Counted from the stretch's first letter, positions 46,538 through 59,369 are shown. The stretch is 64,000 nucleotides of DNA from Azolla caroliniana (GCA_043228905.1 JBHGNT010000016.1:9548001-9612000), one strand, 5' to 3'. Notes: a model not told the origin generated them from the letters alone. Made by a program: numbers and translations.

Positions 46538-49500
46538 ATATATAGATCTCATGTGCAAGGGTGCACATGTGTGAGGATAATATAGGCACAAAGGTGTAAG
46601 TCCTATATTAAATGTACTTAGGAGTGGAGGATCTAGAATATCCCACTTAAGTACAAGGTCCTATTTAATGCATTATAGTCAACACTTCTAACTAGATTCT
46701 ATCTAGGTAACTACGAAGTTACATGGCTTACTAACTAACTAAACTAAGTTGAGCTTGATCTCTCAACACGCCCCCTCCAGCTCAAGTATGGGGCATCCGA
46801 TGTCCGCTTTGGATTTCAACGTTCGGATCATCAATTCGGTTGAATCGGCTTCGGCTTTGAATGACCAATATTGTTTCTTTCGGTGCCAACGTTTTTGTGG
46901 CAGTTTCGGTTCCTCCCTCTCAAGCCTGTGATGAAGGCTTGTCGTGCGAAATTGGCAACTACTTTCACCCATTGTGGGTTACAAGCCACTTCTGTAGAAA
47001 TCTCGTGCTCTTGTTCGGCCACTACCTTCATCGTGAAGGCGTAATGATGGGTCATATACTTGTTGTAGCCGAGCCGAGTGACAGGATTCTTCTCTCTAGA
47101 AGAGCGTCGAAGTTTTTCGCTCGCCGATGTGAGCAACTTCTTTACTCTAGGTGTACACATGATGGGTACACCAAACTCACTGCCTAGTGAGGGAGCCGAT
47201 CCATCCGAATCATTGTCCTCGGGGTGGTCGACTTCGTATTCGGGCATCTTACCTTTGCCTTTGTCCAAGTTCATACTTGGCCGCGACATGCTTGGGTCGC
47301 GTGGGGGCTCTTGTGGCCCACTAGGCCTTGCCGTAATCGGACTTTCTTCGAACATGTGTTCGAAGTGATCTCCATCTTCTACGTCTTGTTCGGCGGATTC
47401 CGGGTCAAGTGGAGTCGGAGTCGAAGTTGTCTCTGGTGCGTACCAGGATGCGAACTCATCGAAGGCTATGTCTCGACTTACCCAAACCGTTCGGGTAGAA
47501 GGGTTGTAGCGCTTGTATGCCTTCTTCTTGGTCAAGTATCCTATGAGGATACAGTCCTCCGACTTTGCGTCGGGCTTCTGTCGGCTTTTGTTGGGGATGC
47601 ATACATTCGTAATGCTTTTGAACACCTTGAGGTGCGACAGGATCAACTTCTTTCTGATGAGGAGCTCGTATGGAGTTAGCTCATGCGCTGCATTAGTGGT
47701 GCATCGATTCATGAGATAGACGGTTGTGGATGCCACTTCGGCCCAATAGAAATTTAGCATGTGCTTCTCATGCATCATGGCGCATGCTACCTCAAGTATT
47801 TGCCGATTTTTCCTTTCGGCGACTCCATTTTGTTGGGGGGTGTGTCGGCATGAGAATTCTCTTCGAATGCCTTCACTTTGGAGGTAGGAGGTGAATTCAT
47901 CGGAGAAGTACTCCTTGCCCCCATCCGATCGTAGGCATCGAATGTGCCGATTGGTTTATTTTTCGACTTGGCCCTTGAGCTTTTGGAAGTGGGAGAGAAC
48001 TTCGCTTTTCTTCTTCATCAGGTAGATCCACGCGTAATGCGAGTAGTCGTCGATGAAGGTTATGTAGTATCGGCATCCACCGATCGTCGGCGTTTGAGCC
48101 GGTTCCTATACATCTGAGTCTATGATGTCGAGGAGGCCTTTGCTTGTGGAGCTCTCCTTCAGGAATGGGAGTCGATGTTGTTTGTGGAGTTGACACGCTT
48201 CGCATACTCGGTCGAGTCGTTTCTGCTCGAATGTCGGAAGTCCGATGACGACTTCCTTTGTTTGCATAGCTCGAAGCCGTTGGAGGTTTATGTGGCCGAT
48301 TCTCTTGTGCCACAACTCGATGCTTGTCTCAATTTTTAGACTTTTAGTGTACATTGCCGATTTTACCTCGTTGAAGCGAGGATGAACATTCAGCCGTCTC
48401 TCCGCCCCTTTGCAATGAGTCAACCATCTTTCTCGATGACGCATCCTTCTTTGTTGAAGCGAACTTCCATTCCTTGCTCCACGATTTGGCCTACCGAGAC
48501 CAAAGTCTTCGTTATCGTGGGCACATGCAAGACATTCTTGATGCAATTGTTCTTGCCATCGTTGCTGAATGGAACGTTGCCGATGTGCCGAATGGGATGC
48601 GTGGTGTCGTCTCCCGTCTCTATGTAGTCGGGTCGACCTGGTGTACACAAGTCATTGAACCACTCTTTGTGGGATGTCATGTGATGTGAGGCACTGGAAT
48701 CGACGAACCACACGTCTTCCGAATTGGAGGTGCTTGCGGAGTTGGAAGCCATCATAAAGTTCGCTCTATGCCTCATTACGAATAGTCCGTTGTCGTCGTA
48801 TTCAGAGTTGGTGGCGTAGTTTGTGAGTTGTTGACTTGTTGAAGCCGACTCACTTCTCTTTTTCGGAATCCGCCACTCCGCTTGGTTTACCAACCATGTT
48901 CTGCGTGGAAGCTCCCCCTTCTTCCGAAGGTTCCTCGATGGCTTCTATGAAGGTTTGAGTTCCCTTCATGTGATGGGTCGAATTGACCTCTTCTACCGCC
49001 GTGACCTCGTCATTGGCCGCCGTCCGAATTCGAGAAGAACATTTTTCCTTCCGACGTCTTGCTTTTGGTTTGGACATGGTTCTCTTCGACCAATAGTATT
49101 GATTGGAGGTCGAAGATTGAAGGAGGGTTTCCTCTCGCCAAGATTGCCGTTCTTCATGGATCAAGTCCTTGTGCGAGGCCGCCCAAGCATAGTTGAACCA
49201 TCTCATCTTCATCGACGTTTATGTTGATGGAGCCAAGTGAGTCGCAAATGCTCTTGATCTTGGCGGTGTAGTCTGACATGGACATATCTTTTTGTCGAAT
49301 GTTATTCAACTCTTGTCGGAGTTGAAGCTTGCGGGCGGTCGTGTTGGTGGCGAAAATTTTCATTAAATTCGCCCATGCTTCTTTAGGCGTCTTGGTGTCT
49401 CGTATGTGGCTAAGCATGTGGTCGTGGACACATGTTGCCAAGCAATACATGACTCGACTCGCCGCTTGCTCCCATGTTGAGTAGTCGGCGTTCTTTGAGT

Positions 49501-49918
49501 CGGGTCGATTTTCTTGAGCGCCGTTGATGTAGCTCTAATACCCTTGGCCGACAAGGTATTGGGTCATCTTGTACTCCCAAGATGAATATTTGCTCTGGTC
49601 TAGCTTTTCACTAGGGAGCGAGCTACCCATTTGTGTGTTCATGTTGATTGTAGTTTCTTCTCTTCTTTTGCTTTTCTTCCTTCGATCACGTACACGTGCT
49701 ACGTAGCGGCACTATGGTAGCGGATAGCCGGAATTTGTCGTCGGCGTTTCGAATACACAATTATGAAGAGATGGATGGGCTTAGTGGATGTGCTAAACCA
49801 CACGCTCTGATACCATGTTAATAATTAGGTAATTAAATATGGGTTAATTAGTACCTAATTATGTGATTAAGTTAAGCGAAAGATTAAGTGATATGTGTGT
49901 GTATATGTGTGAGAGGGG

Positions 49919-49990
<72 letters not shown>

Positions 49991-50313
49991 CACTTATGAA
50001 CAACACAAGCTGGGGGGATGAGTAACTATATTAAATTAGCATTATCATCATCAAATACAAAAATACCTAGAATGAGGTATATATAGATCTCATGTGCAAG
50101 GGTGCACATGTGTGAGGATAATATAGGTATAAAGGTGTATGTCCTGTATTAAATGTACTTAGGAGTGGAGGATCTAGAATATGCCACTTAAGTACAAGGT
50201 CCTATTTCAGGCGTTATAGTCAACACTTCTAACTAGATTCTACCTAGGTGACTACGAAGTTACATGGTTGACTAACTAACCAAACTAACTAAGTTGAGTT
50301 TGATTTCTCAACA
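46538..50313 (-). mobile_element. Ty1/copia deletion derivative (copia F, related to B/E) lacking RT and RNase H
   Basis: 5' LTR at 49816-50313 with a (GA)n tract, PBS at 49804-49815, truncated 3' LTR at 46538-46768 with adjacent PPT. gag, PR and IN fragments jump to the 3' tail near 46975. Confidence 0.85.
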
Positions 50314-50973
50314 AGGCGTAATTGCAGATGGTGCGATGACAAGAAGCTGAGAAATCAAGATAAATGCGACGTTGTCGTGAAAAGAAATTTATTTGTAAAA
50401 CACCAGTTACAATATTTATATGCCAAAAGTAACTTGGCAAACTTGAACTCATGACCTCTGTTGAGAAGAAGCGTTTGAGGTAGACCACTTCAACTTCCGT
50501 GATATCTAATTATTTGCTTCTCTTTCTCTTTCTCTTTATACATAGCAAATTTATATTACAAAATTTGATTACCGAAAGAAGTTGTTTTGAGAGCATGCAA
50601 AGTCACAACCTTTTGTTTGCAAAGAGTCGTTTGTGATACACCACTTCAACTTCTTCCTTTCCTTGTGTTTCTTTTCTTTTCCTTAATTTTTGTCTTTGTT
50701 TATGCAAGCCACCATCTTCTTTGGCGAGCTTTGCATCTCACACCCACACGACCTTCCTCACTCGCTTTTTCTTCCTCCTTCCAAAGGTAACCTTGATGCA
50801 AGAAAAATCGGTGTGCCTTCTTTCGGAAATTTGAGAAGTTTCTCCCACTCCAAGTTCCTTCCTTCCATGGTGCTTGTAGATAGTTCCCAATTTCCTTAAA
50901 CTCTTTGTTATATTCTTCTTCTTTAAACTCATGTTCTTCATGTGGCTCACCCCCTCTAACTACATTTATGGCT

Positions 50974-51002
50974 AACCCTAAACCCTAAACCCTAAACCCT
51001 AA
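50974..51002. repeat. Interstitial plant telomere-type repeat (CCCTAAA) x4
   Basis: AACCCTAAACCCTAAACCCTAAACCCTAA. Confidence 0.8.
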
Positions 51003-51802
51003 CGCCGATTCTTCTTCGTTGCTATTTGATTCTACCACTTTCTCATTTTCGTATTTTGCTCTAGACAACATATTTGCCATTGCGTTCTTCTCACCAGATA
51101 TATGTCGAACTTTTGGGTTGATGGTTTTGATGTAGACACAACACCTAAGCATTGCTTGGTCTAGAATATTGCAATTTGCAATAATCGCAAGAACTGGCAA
51201 GCAATCTGTCTCCACAATCATCTTTGCACCAACAAGATAGTCCCTATCCGTCTTTATAGTGATGACGATCCCCCAAAGCTCTCTCTTCACTTGCACGTAC
51301 TTTTGTTGACTTCCACTAAGTACCTTCGCACCAAATCGAATCCGATGTCTTTCTCCTTCCTTATCATGTTGGCTTATCACCCACCCGATTCCAATCGGAC
51401 TTGAATCAACTGTGAGGATTATCAGTAGGGTGTAGTTAGGTTATTTCAAAGTAGGAGCTTTCGCTAGATTCTCCATCAGTCTTCTAATTGCATTTGAGTG
51501 TTCTTCTGTCCACTCGAATGCTTCCCCTTTTCTTAATAATCGATACAATGGATCTGATATGTGGGCATAGTGTGGAATCCATCTGCAATAGAAAACACAT
51601 GCACCCAAGAACCTCTGAACTTCAGATACAGAGTTGCATTCCTCTTTCATATTCTGTATTGCGTTGATCTTCGCTGGTGCTACCTTCCTTCCGTATGGCC
51701 CACACATATGTCCTACCATTAGTACTTCTTGAACCCCGAATATTGATTTTGGAGCCGAAAGTGTTAGGTACACCTCCTCTAGTATTGAAAGCACTTTATC
51801 AT

Positions 51803-52097
51803 TGTTTCGGGCATGACCATATAATATCCTGTGGTGAGAATTTACCGTAGTATTGTATACACATGGATAAGTGTGAGGGTTAAACGAGAGTGTAAAGAAG
51901 GGGAGGATTACTTTTAATCCTCGAGATTGAGACAACCCATTAGGCCAAGTGTGAACTTGCCTGGGGGCCTCAATCCCGAGGATTAAAAGTAATCCTCCCC
52001 TTCTTTACACTCTCGTTTAACCCTCATAGTTATCCACGTGTATAGAATACTACGGTAAATTCTCACCACGGGATATTATATGATCATGCCCGTAACA
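51803..52097. mobile_element. 295-bp foldback insertion built from two inverted copies of the gypsy-A LTR start
   Basis: 129-bp arms (51803-51931 and 51969-52097, about 8 mismatches) and a 37-bp loop. TG...CA ends and TSD ATCAT; matches 28936-29103. Confidence 0.92.
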
Positions 52098-53845
52098 ATC
52101 ATAATCTTCTATGAGATCCAAGACGAACTTCCGACATCTGCCACTATCCCATTCTTCATTCTTCATTCTTTCCTCACATCCTTTAATGGGTATATCATCC
52201 AAGAAAGGCATGGTTATGTGAGGAATAAAATCTCAGAGAACTTTGTACATACCATTCATCATGTGAGCGACCGAGTTGGTCGCACCTTCCGGTAGGCTAC
52301 ACATCCGAAGTAATCCAATCAGAGTCCTAATCGAGGTGATATCTCGACTACCAACCACAAGCTGGAACTAGTCGTAGCCAGAGTAGAGATCACACATGGA
52401 GTAGATTGCCCTTCCGGCGAACATCTCTACAAACTCATCTACTATCGGCCCCACTCCTGAATTCCGGATGGTAACTTGATTCATAGGTTGCATGTCTGGA
52501 ATTAATCGAAGCCGCCCATCCTACTTTTGCACCGTAAACCATCTACTCGAGTATGGAGCATTTGATGGTTCCAAGATGCCCATCTTCACTTTCTCTTTTA
52601 GAAGCTCGATTAGTTGTGGTATCCTTGCTCTTGGCACTGGGATTGGCTTCAGATTCCATGGAATGTGTGGGATCGTGAAGATGACCATTGGTTCAACTAC
52701 TTTCGGATCCACACATCCAATTTCTTCAGGGTTGAAGGAGAATGCTTTCCCGTGCCACCCTAGCATTTTTCTAAATTTTGCTTCTGCTATAGATGTTAGG
52801 AAGTCCCCCCCCTCCAATTCTTAGTTCTTTAATCGTTTCTTCCATGAATTTGTGCCCAATTCTCTTTGAATCCTGAAGAATTGGCTCGGTTGACACCTCC
52901 TTCATTATCTTTTCACTCTCCTTTGGAAGTGGTGTTGCTGTTGGCTGAACCTTCTTCTCCACTGTTTTGTACTTTGTGTTTATTCGAGCTTCTTCATTTT
53001 GAACATACTTCTTGTTGGTTTTCAACAACTGGATGGAATTTACCACTACTTCAACTTCATCATCTTCCGTCGTTAGAGACTCCAACCCTCCTACTGCATC
53101 TTTAAAACAATTTTCTTTAAATATATTCACTAATTTTTCTTCTGAATCTATCATGCCTCTACCTTGTAATTCTTCTATTATAGTTGCGCCATCTACTGAC
53201 ACAACATATAATTTACCTTTATCTTCAATGCTATGAATGGGGCTTCTTACCTCCCTCGGGCCATCACAACCCCTTTTTGTAAGGGCCCGCTCTAGAAATC
53301 CTGTACGAAATCCCCCACATCTCGTAGTGGATGATCCCATAGATGCTCCTTATTCCTTTCATGATTTGTTCGAATAGTAAGGAACTGTACCGACCTCTTC
53401 CAATCTTGACTTCGAATCCTGGCAAATGCCGCTCTATTATCAATCACTTTAGTCTCTATTCGTACTGTTGTGATGTACGGTCGGCCTAGGTTTACTGGAT
53501 AAAATGACTTCTCTTGGATGAAGAAGTTTTGATCTACTAACACATCCCCAATTGTAACTTTAATATTGGGGCATGCGCCACATAAATCCTCCATGACCTT
53601 GGTCGCTGCTCTGACCTTCTAGCCATGGTTTCTTTCTATTGGGCATCTCCCGCGATTGTAGAAATCAAATGATATGATGATAATCTCGGAGCCGTGGTCG
53701 ATGAGTGCCACACACGGTTCCATCTGATCACCAATTCTAATTGGAGCCTCGGTTGTCACCCGAGCCCTGTGTGTGCGGGTGTAATGGCTTCTTTCTTCTT
53801 CATGACTACATTGTATGTCAGCACTCCGTACCTCAGCCAACAATG

Positions 53846-54213
53846 CAGTCTCCATATCTTCATCTTCCTCCCGTATCGTGACGGTATTTACTCCACCCGT
53901 TTCTTCAATCACTTGTCTTTTTCTCTGAATCACATCGATGATCACTTCATGAAATTCCTTCTTCGCGATCCCTAGTACTTCTTGTAGTGTTAACTTGACT
54001 TTACTATTGAGAATCCTAGATTGAAGCACAGTCTCCATATCTTCATCTTCATCCCGTATCGTGACGGTATTTACTCCACCCGTTTCTTCAATCACTTGTC
54101 TTTTTCTCTGAATCACATCGATGATCACTTCATGAAATTCCTTCTTCGCGATCCCTAGTACTTCTTGTAGTGTTAACTCGACTTTACTATTGAGAATCCT
54201 AGATTGAAGCACA
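53846..54213 (-). repeat. In-frame 183-bp tandem duplication in gypsy G gag-pro linker
   Basis: The segment VLQSRILNSKV...EDEDMET occurs twice in ORF 53619-54419. Confidence 0.9.
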
Positions 54214-56736
54214 TGCATTAGGTCGGTGGATGTTTCTATGTCGGAGGCGAGTTTGAATGATGGGGCAATCTTTTGTGTACCTTTGTCTCCTTTCATCGCC
54301 TCCGCAGCAACTCGTTCTGTTTCCCGTCTCTTTTGCTCTCGAGTCTCGGGTTTGCTTGAAGGACCTGCTTCATCAGTTCTCCTTCTCTTTTCTTTGACTA
54401 TCACTTCGTGGGCATTCACCCCTGCTATCTTTGCGATTGTTGTGAGTGGATCTACTGGGTCATCCCACCCAATACTATTCCTGATTTCGTCCCCGGCCTT
54501 TCGTAAGTCCTATGGTTGGACTCTTTTGTCAGTAGCAAACTTTATCACGTCTCCCCAGAATCCTGATCCAATCTAAGGGTCATCAACCTTCAATCCGGAG
54601 GTAGTCGAAAAGTACATTGCTTGAACATTCTTCGACTCTTCGTCCTCCATCATTTTCTTCATCCTAGCTTTGCCGAAGTTGGTTTTTAAGGGTTGTCGGG
54701 TCTTCGAGGAGTGGATTCTCCCATTTTGATAAAAGATAGTGTTTCTTTCTAATGCTTTCTTATGACTTTGACAATCCCTTTTTTGGTGCTCTGTGCTATC
54801 ACACCATATGCATTGGCGAACGAATTCACCCTTTTCCCCTTCATTGGGCTTTTGTCTTACACCCGAGCTTTCACCCTTCTCAAGCTTTGTGAACTTGAGT
54901 TGTAAATCCCACATTCCTTTTATTAGCTCATCGATCACGGACTCTGGCTCCTTTCCCTTGCAAACATCTGTTCGAGTTCCTGAATCTTGTTTTGGATGTT
55001 CTCTGGTTGTTGTCTTTATTCTGTTGTCATAGCCATCCTCAATCCATAGTGCTCTCCTTCTTAGTACTCGACAAGCCTCAGGTACCTCCGGCAAATCAGA
55101 CACCAAACTTTTCGTGCTTGTCCAGTCTTCTAGAAGGATAGTGATATCTTTTCTAAAAGATTTATCTACCGCTCAGATGAATAAATCCACTTTTTCTAAA
55201 TGTAATAGTTCTCGATCTTTTACCGAGAGCTCATTATATCTTTTCTCGAAATCCCTCAACAACTTTGAGACTGAGAGTCATTTACCCCCTTTCTCGGTCC
55301 ATTCGAGAAAGCTTTTCTTTGACAATTGGGTCTGATCTTCTAGCATATATTCATCAAGCAATGCTTGACGAAACCTAGGCCAATCTTCACGGAATTTCTC
55401 CAATAATTCCATTACCCTTGCTCGGACATCAAGTGTGCACACCCGGTTGATATGTGACACTATTTGTACTCCGGTTGCCCCTCTATTGGCCATCTCGTCT
55501 TCGTAGAACTCGAGGAACCGAGTGACGTCCTCTCCATTAAATTTACTTATCCTCTCAATGACCGTTTGTACGACGAGTGTTAAATCACTTTCAATCTGAT
55601 TCATCACACTTTGCTCTTGCAACATCCAATTCATCATCATCATCATGAAACTTGCCATCTCTTCATTGAAGCCCTTATTCGCCATCTCTGTGTTGGCACC
55701 TTTATCTGCCATTTTCTTTGATTTTCCGACCTTCTCTTTGGAAAACTTTAACTCTGAAACTCCCCTTGTCAGGTTCACCAAATTTATGTCGTAAAGATTG
55801 TGGTTGTGTGTTGCAACCGCTAGGGTTCTGTGACTTAGGGATGATCGGGATGACAAGGCGTAATCGCAGATGGTGCGATGACAAGAAGCCGAGAAAGCAA
55901 GATAGATGTGACGTTGTTGTGAAAAGAAATTTATTTGTAAAACACCAGTTACAATATTTATTTGCCAAAAGTTACTTGGCAACCTTGAACTCACAACCTC
56001 TGTTTGAGAAGAAACATTTGAGGTAGACCAGTTCAACTTCTTTGATTCATAGTTATTTACATCTCTTTCTCTTTCTCTTTATACATAGCAAATTTATATT
56101 ACAAAATTTGATTACCAAAATCAAAATAAGTGTTTTTGAGAGTATTTGAACTCACAACCTTTTGTTTGCAAAGGATCGTTTGTGATAAACCACGACAACT
56201 TCTTCCATTCCTTCTATTTCTTTTCTTTTCTTCAAATTTTATCTTTGTTTATGCAAGCCACCATCTTCTTTGGCGAGCTTTGCGAGCTTTCTCACTCGCT
56301 TTTTCTTCCTCCTTCCTTCTCTTCCTCTTTTTCACCTTCCTCTTTCTCCCCTTCCTTTCTCCCCTCTACCCCCCTATTCAGCCATGATGGGAGTGGCTTT
56401 TGTAGTTGTACATTTGAGAAATTACAAAAGTGACCCTTATTTAATTTCGACTCCCTTTTTTGACATAATTACATTTGTGTCCCGAGTTACATTAATCCTT
56501 CTTAAGCTTGTATCTTGGGCTTCTGAACTCCAATTCACGAACCAAAAATTCCTACAACAATTTGTTCGGAATAATGCTCCTCTTGCATTCGAACATACAC
56601 CTCCAGCTCGTCGACCTTTTCCTTTTCCTCCTCCTCTACCTATTGTTGTAATTGCCAACCTGCCTACTGGTCCCAAGATTACTTGCTTTTGGTTATCGAA
56701 AGCCGGCTCGCCGGGACGCAGTGCTAGATACGAATG

Positions 56737-59336
56737 TCATGATAATGCATCTGCCTTCCCTTGTTGCTTCCCCGGATGATATACAATTTTGAAGTCGAAA
56801 CGAGTGAGGAATTGGGCCCACCGAGCTTGACATTGATTTAACACACGAGCATTTTGAAAGTAGGCAAGGTTTTTGTGATCACTGAATACGATGACTTGAT
56901 GAGAAGACCCCTCTAGAAAAGGCCTCCATTGCGTAAAAGAGTCCACTATTGCTAATAGCTCCTTATCATGAATTTCATAGTTGATTTCCGGAGCGTCAAA
57001 CTTGCATGAATGGAAAGCCACAGGATGTAGCTTTTCATCATCGCCTTTTTGAGACAGAATGCTACCCAAGGAGAAATCTGACGCGTCTGCTTCAATGATG
57101 AATGGTTTTTCTGGATCAACATGAGCTAAAATAGGAGCTGATGTAAATGCCTTCTTAAGACTCTCAAATGCAATGTCCACTTCTTATGAGTAGATTCTCG
57201 TGTTTGTCGACACCGTATTTCTCTTGTTCTCCAATCTTTGGCTAGGTTATGTAATTTGAACCATGGTAATCCCAAAACAATGGGATGTTCTGGGATACTA
57301 ATTATATTAAATGATACTACACACGCTAAGTGATCTAACGGGTTCTGACTCTTCTATATTATTCCTGGAACCAATGGGGCGACCATCAATGACTACTACA
57401 GAGGCTGGACATGGGAGTTTCTTTAGGGATATCTAATGAGCTTGGGAAAAATTCCTATCCATGAAGCAAGTGTTGGCTCTTGAATCTAAGAGTGCTAAGA
57501 CATGTACTGGAGGAGTACTTTTAGTACTAACCATTACTTCAGCTAAGAACACATTGCTAACTTACTTAGAGGAAATGGAACCATTAATGGGGTGCACAGA
57601 TCTAGGGCTGTCCAACCAAACGACTCCTATTTTGGTTGGACTTAGTCGTTTAACTCTTCTTCTAGTTGACTAAGGATTTCAAATTTGTTTGATAGATTTG
57701 GGCTATTAGGACTATTAGACACACCTAGAGGAATAGACTCGGGTTTAGTACTATTAGTACTAGCGGTTATTTGATTTACTTGCCTTTTGGCCCGATGGGG
57801 GCAGTTCACTGCAATATGCCCCGGTCCACCGCAATAAAGACATAATCGATTTTCCCTGCGTCGCTGCTTTTCTTCTTCCGATAGTGGTCCGCGGCAACGT
57901 GTGGTGTCGATTTCCATTGGAGTCGGAGTATTTGTTGGAAACCTATTGAATGACTCCCTTGGGAAAGGCTTTGGTACGATTGAAGCATAGGTGGGTTCTA
58001 ATCTTGTCCGTGGTATTTGGAACTAACGTTTCGAACATTGTTCGAAGAGGCGATTATTTCATTGCACCGTAGGACTGATTGCTTCTATCAATTACTTTGG
58101 CTCCTCGGGGAAAGTTAAGAGTAAATCTTTAACATCATTACATAGGCCAAAATGAAATTGCTCCATTAGTGCCTAGTCATCCTAGGGAATGTCAATGGTG
58201 AGAAGATGAAAATCCACAGCATAAGCCGAGGCCGGCCGCTCACCTTGGCACAATCTTAGGATTTTGTTGATTGTTGTTCTAACATTGTCGGTATCTCTAG
58301 AACAAGCTTTAAACTCGGTAATAACCTCTTTGAAATTATTTAACAAGGGAGAGTTTTTTCTAACAAGGGGGCGAACCATGCCAAAGCCGTGCCACTAAGT
58401 AGAGCGCCTAGTAGTCCCACTCGTGATGCATCGGTGGGATATCGAGAAGGATGCATTTGAATGACTAATCGTACAGGATTAAGGAATCCTCTAAACTGCA
58501 ATAATGTTCCATCGAATTTCATGGGAAGGCCAATCTTGGGTTCTTTATGAATCCCTTGCGTACTGGGTCCTTGTTGTTGCATCGCTACTAAGGTTACTTC
58601 GAGTTGTTGCACGCGTACCACTAGTTCCCCATGTTGTTGTTGCATCTACTGCTTTTCTAAGGAGATTTGTTGAAGATCCCCCAACAACTGTTGATTTTCT
58701 TGTTCCAAAGCAAGGAACTTCTCTTTCAAGCATTGTAGTTCTGAGAAAATGGATTGATATTCTTGAGTGCTAACAGTGGCCATAGTACGAGAGAAAAGAG
58801 GAATAAGAGATTAGTATGAAGGAAGGGAGAAGTAAGAAGATAAAGGAAGAGAAGGAAGGAGAGAAAGATCGGTTCAAACTGTCAGGAGAAGTACTAAGAC
58901 AGACAAGTACTGTCAGGAATAGTACTAAAATAGAGAAGGAATTAGTATTAAAAGATGAGGATTAGTACTAAGGGAGGTGTAGAACTCTCGAGAGAAGGAG
59001 AGAGAGAGAGTGAGTGAGAGAGAGAGAGAGAGAGAGAGAGAATAAGGATAACAAAAGATATATATTATGTTAAGGGAATATACAATAGTAGCCAGGAGGC
59101 TTAAGACTGGTGTTGAACCGATTTGGTTCGAAATAATGCTTTGTGCCTCCTTTTATAGTGTTCTCGGGAGTACTCCTGAAGTTTCTAGAATGTTCTAGAG
59201 AAATCTGGAATATACATCAATTTTCTATAGTAAAACCTAAATGAAAATAATATTTTTTGTATTACAACATATAGTCTAATGGTCAAGAACTTGAGTCATG
59301 TAAAATAAGGTTATGAGTTCGAGTCTTGCCATATCA
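56737..59336 (-). mobile_element. Ty3/gypsy remnant of Tf1/sushi/Tcn1-like type (gypsy I): 5' LTR, gag, protease, RNase H; RT deleted
   Basis: gag EPKIGLPMKFDG..FRGFL, LSGTALAWF, MEID...RLCLYCGGPGH...C, ALLDS protease motif, DASDFSLGSILSQ..NYEIHDKELLAI. LTR begins at 58880; its far end is approximate. Confidence 0.8.
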
Positions 59337-59369
59337 TGAGACTTGTATTTTTGCGTCTTTAGAATCCAG

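Larger units (their letters stand above)
50314..56325 (-). mobile_element. Degenerate Ty3/gypsy element (gypsy G): gag, protease, RT, RNase H, no integrase; bounded by about 470-bp direct repeats
   Basis: gag KFNGEDVTRFLE, CIWCDSTEH...C, ALIDHGSEI, RT/RH fragments at 50985-52817. Repeats at 50314-50782 and 55851-56325 are about 85% similar by eye. Confidence 0.75.

Noticed and set aside
49930-49988. Long (GA)n tract as a separate element
   Set aside because: Part of the copia F LTR; similar tracts occur in the LTRs of E, H and gypsy I.
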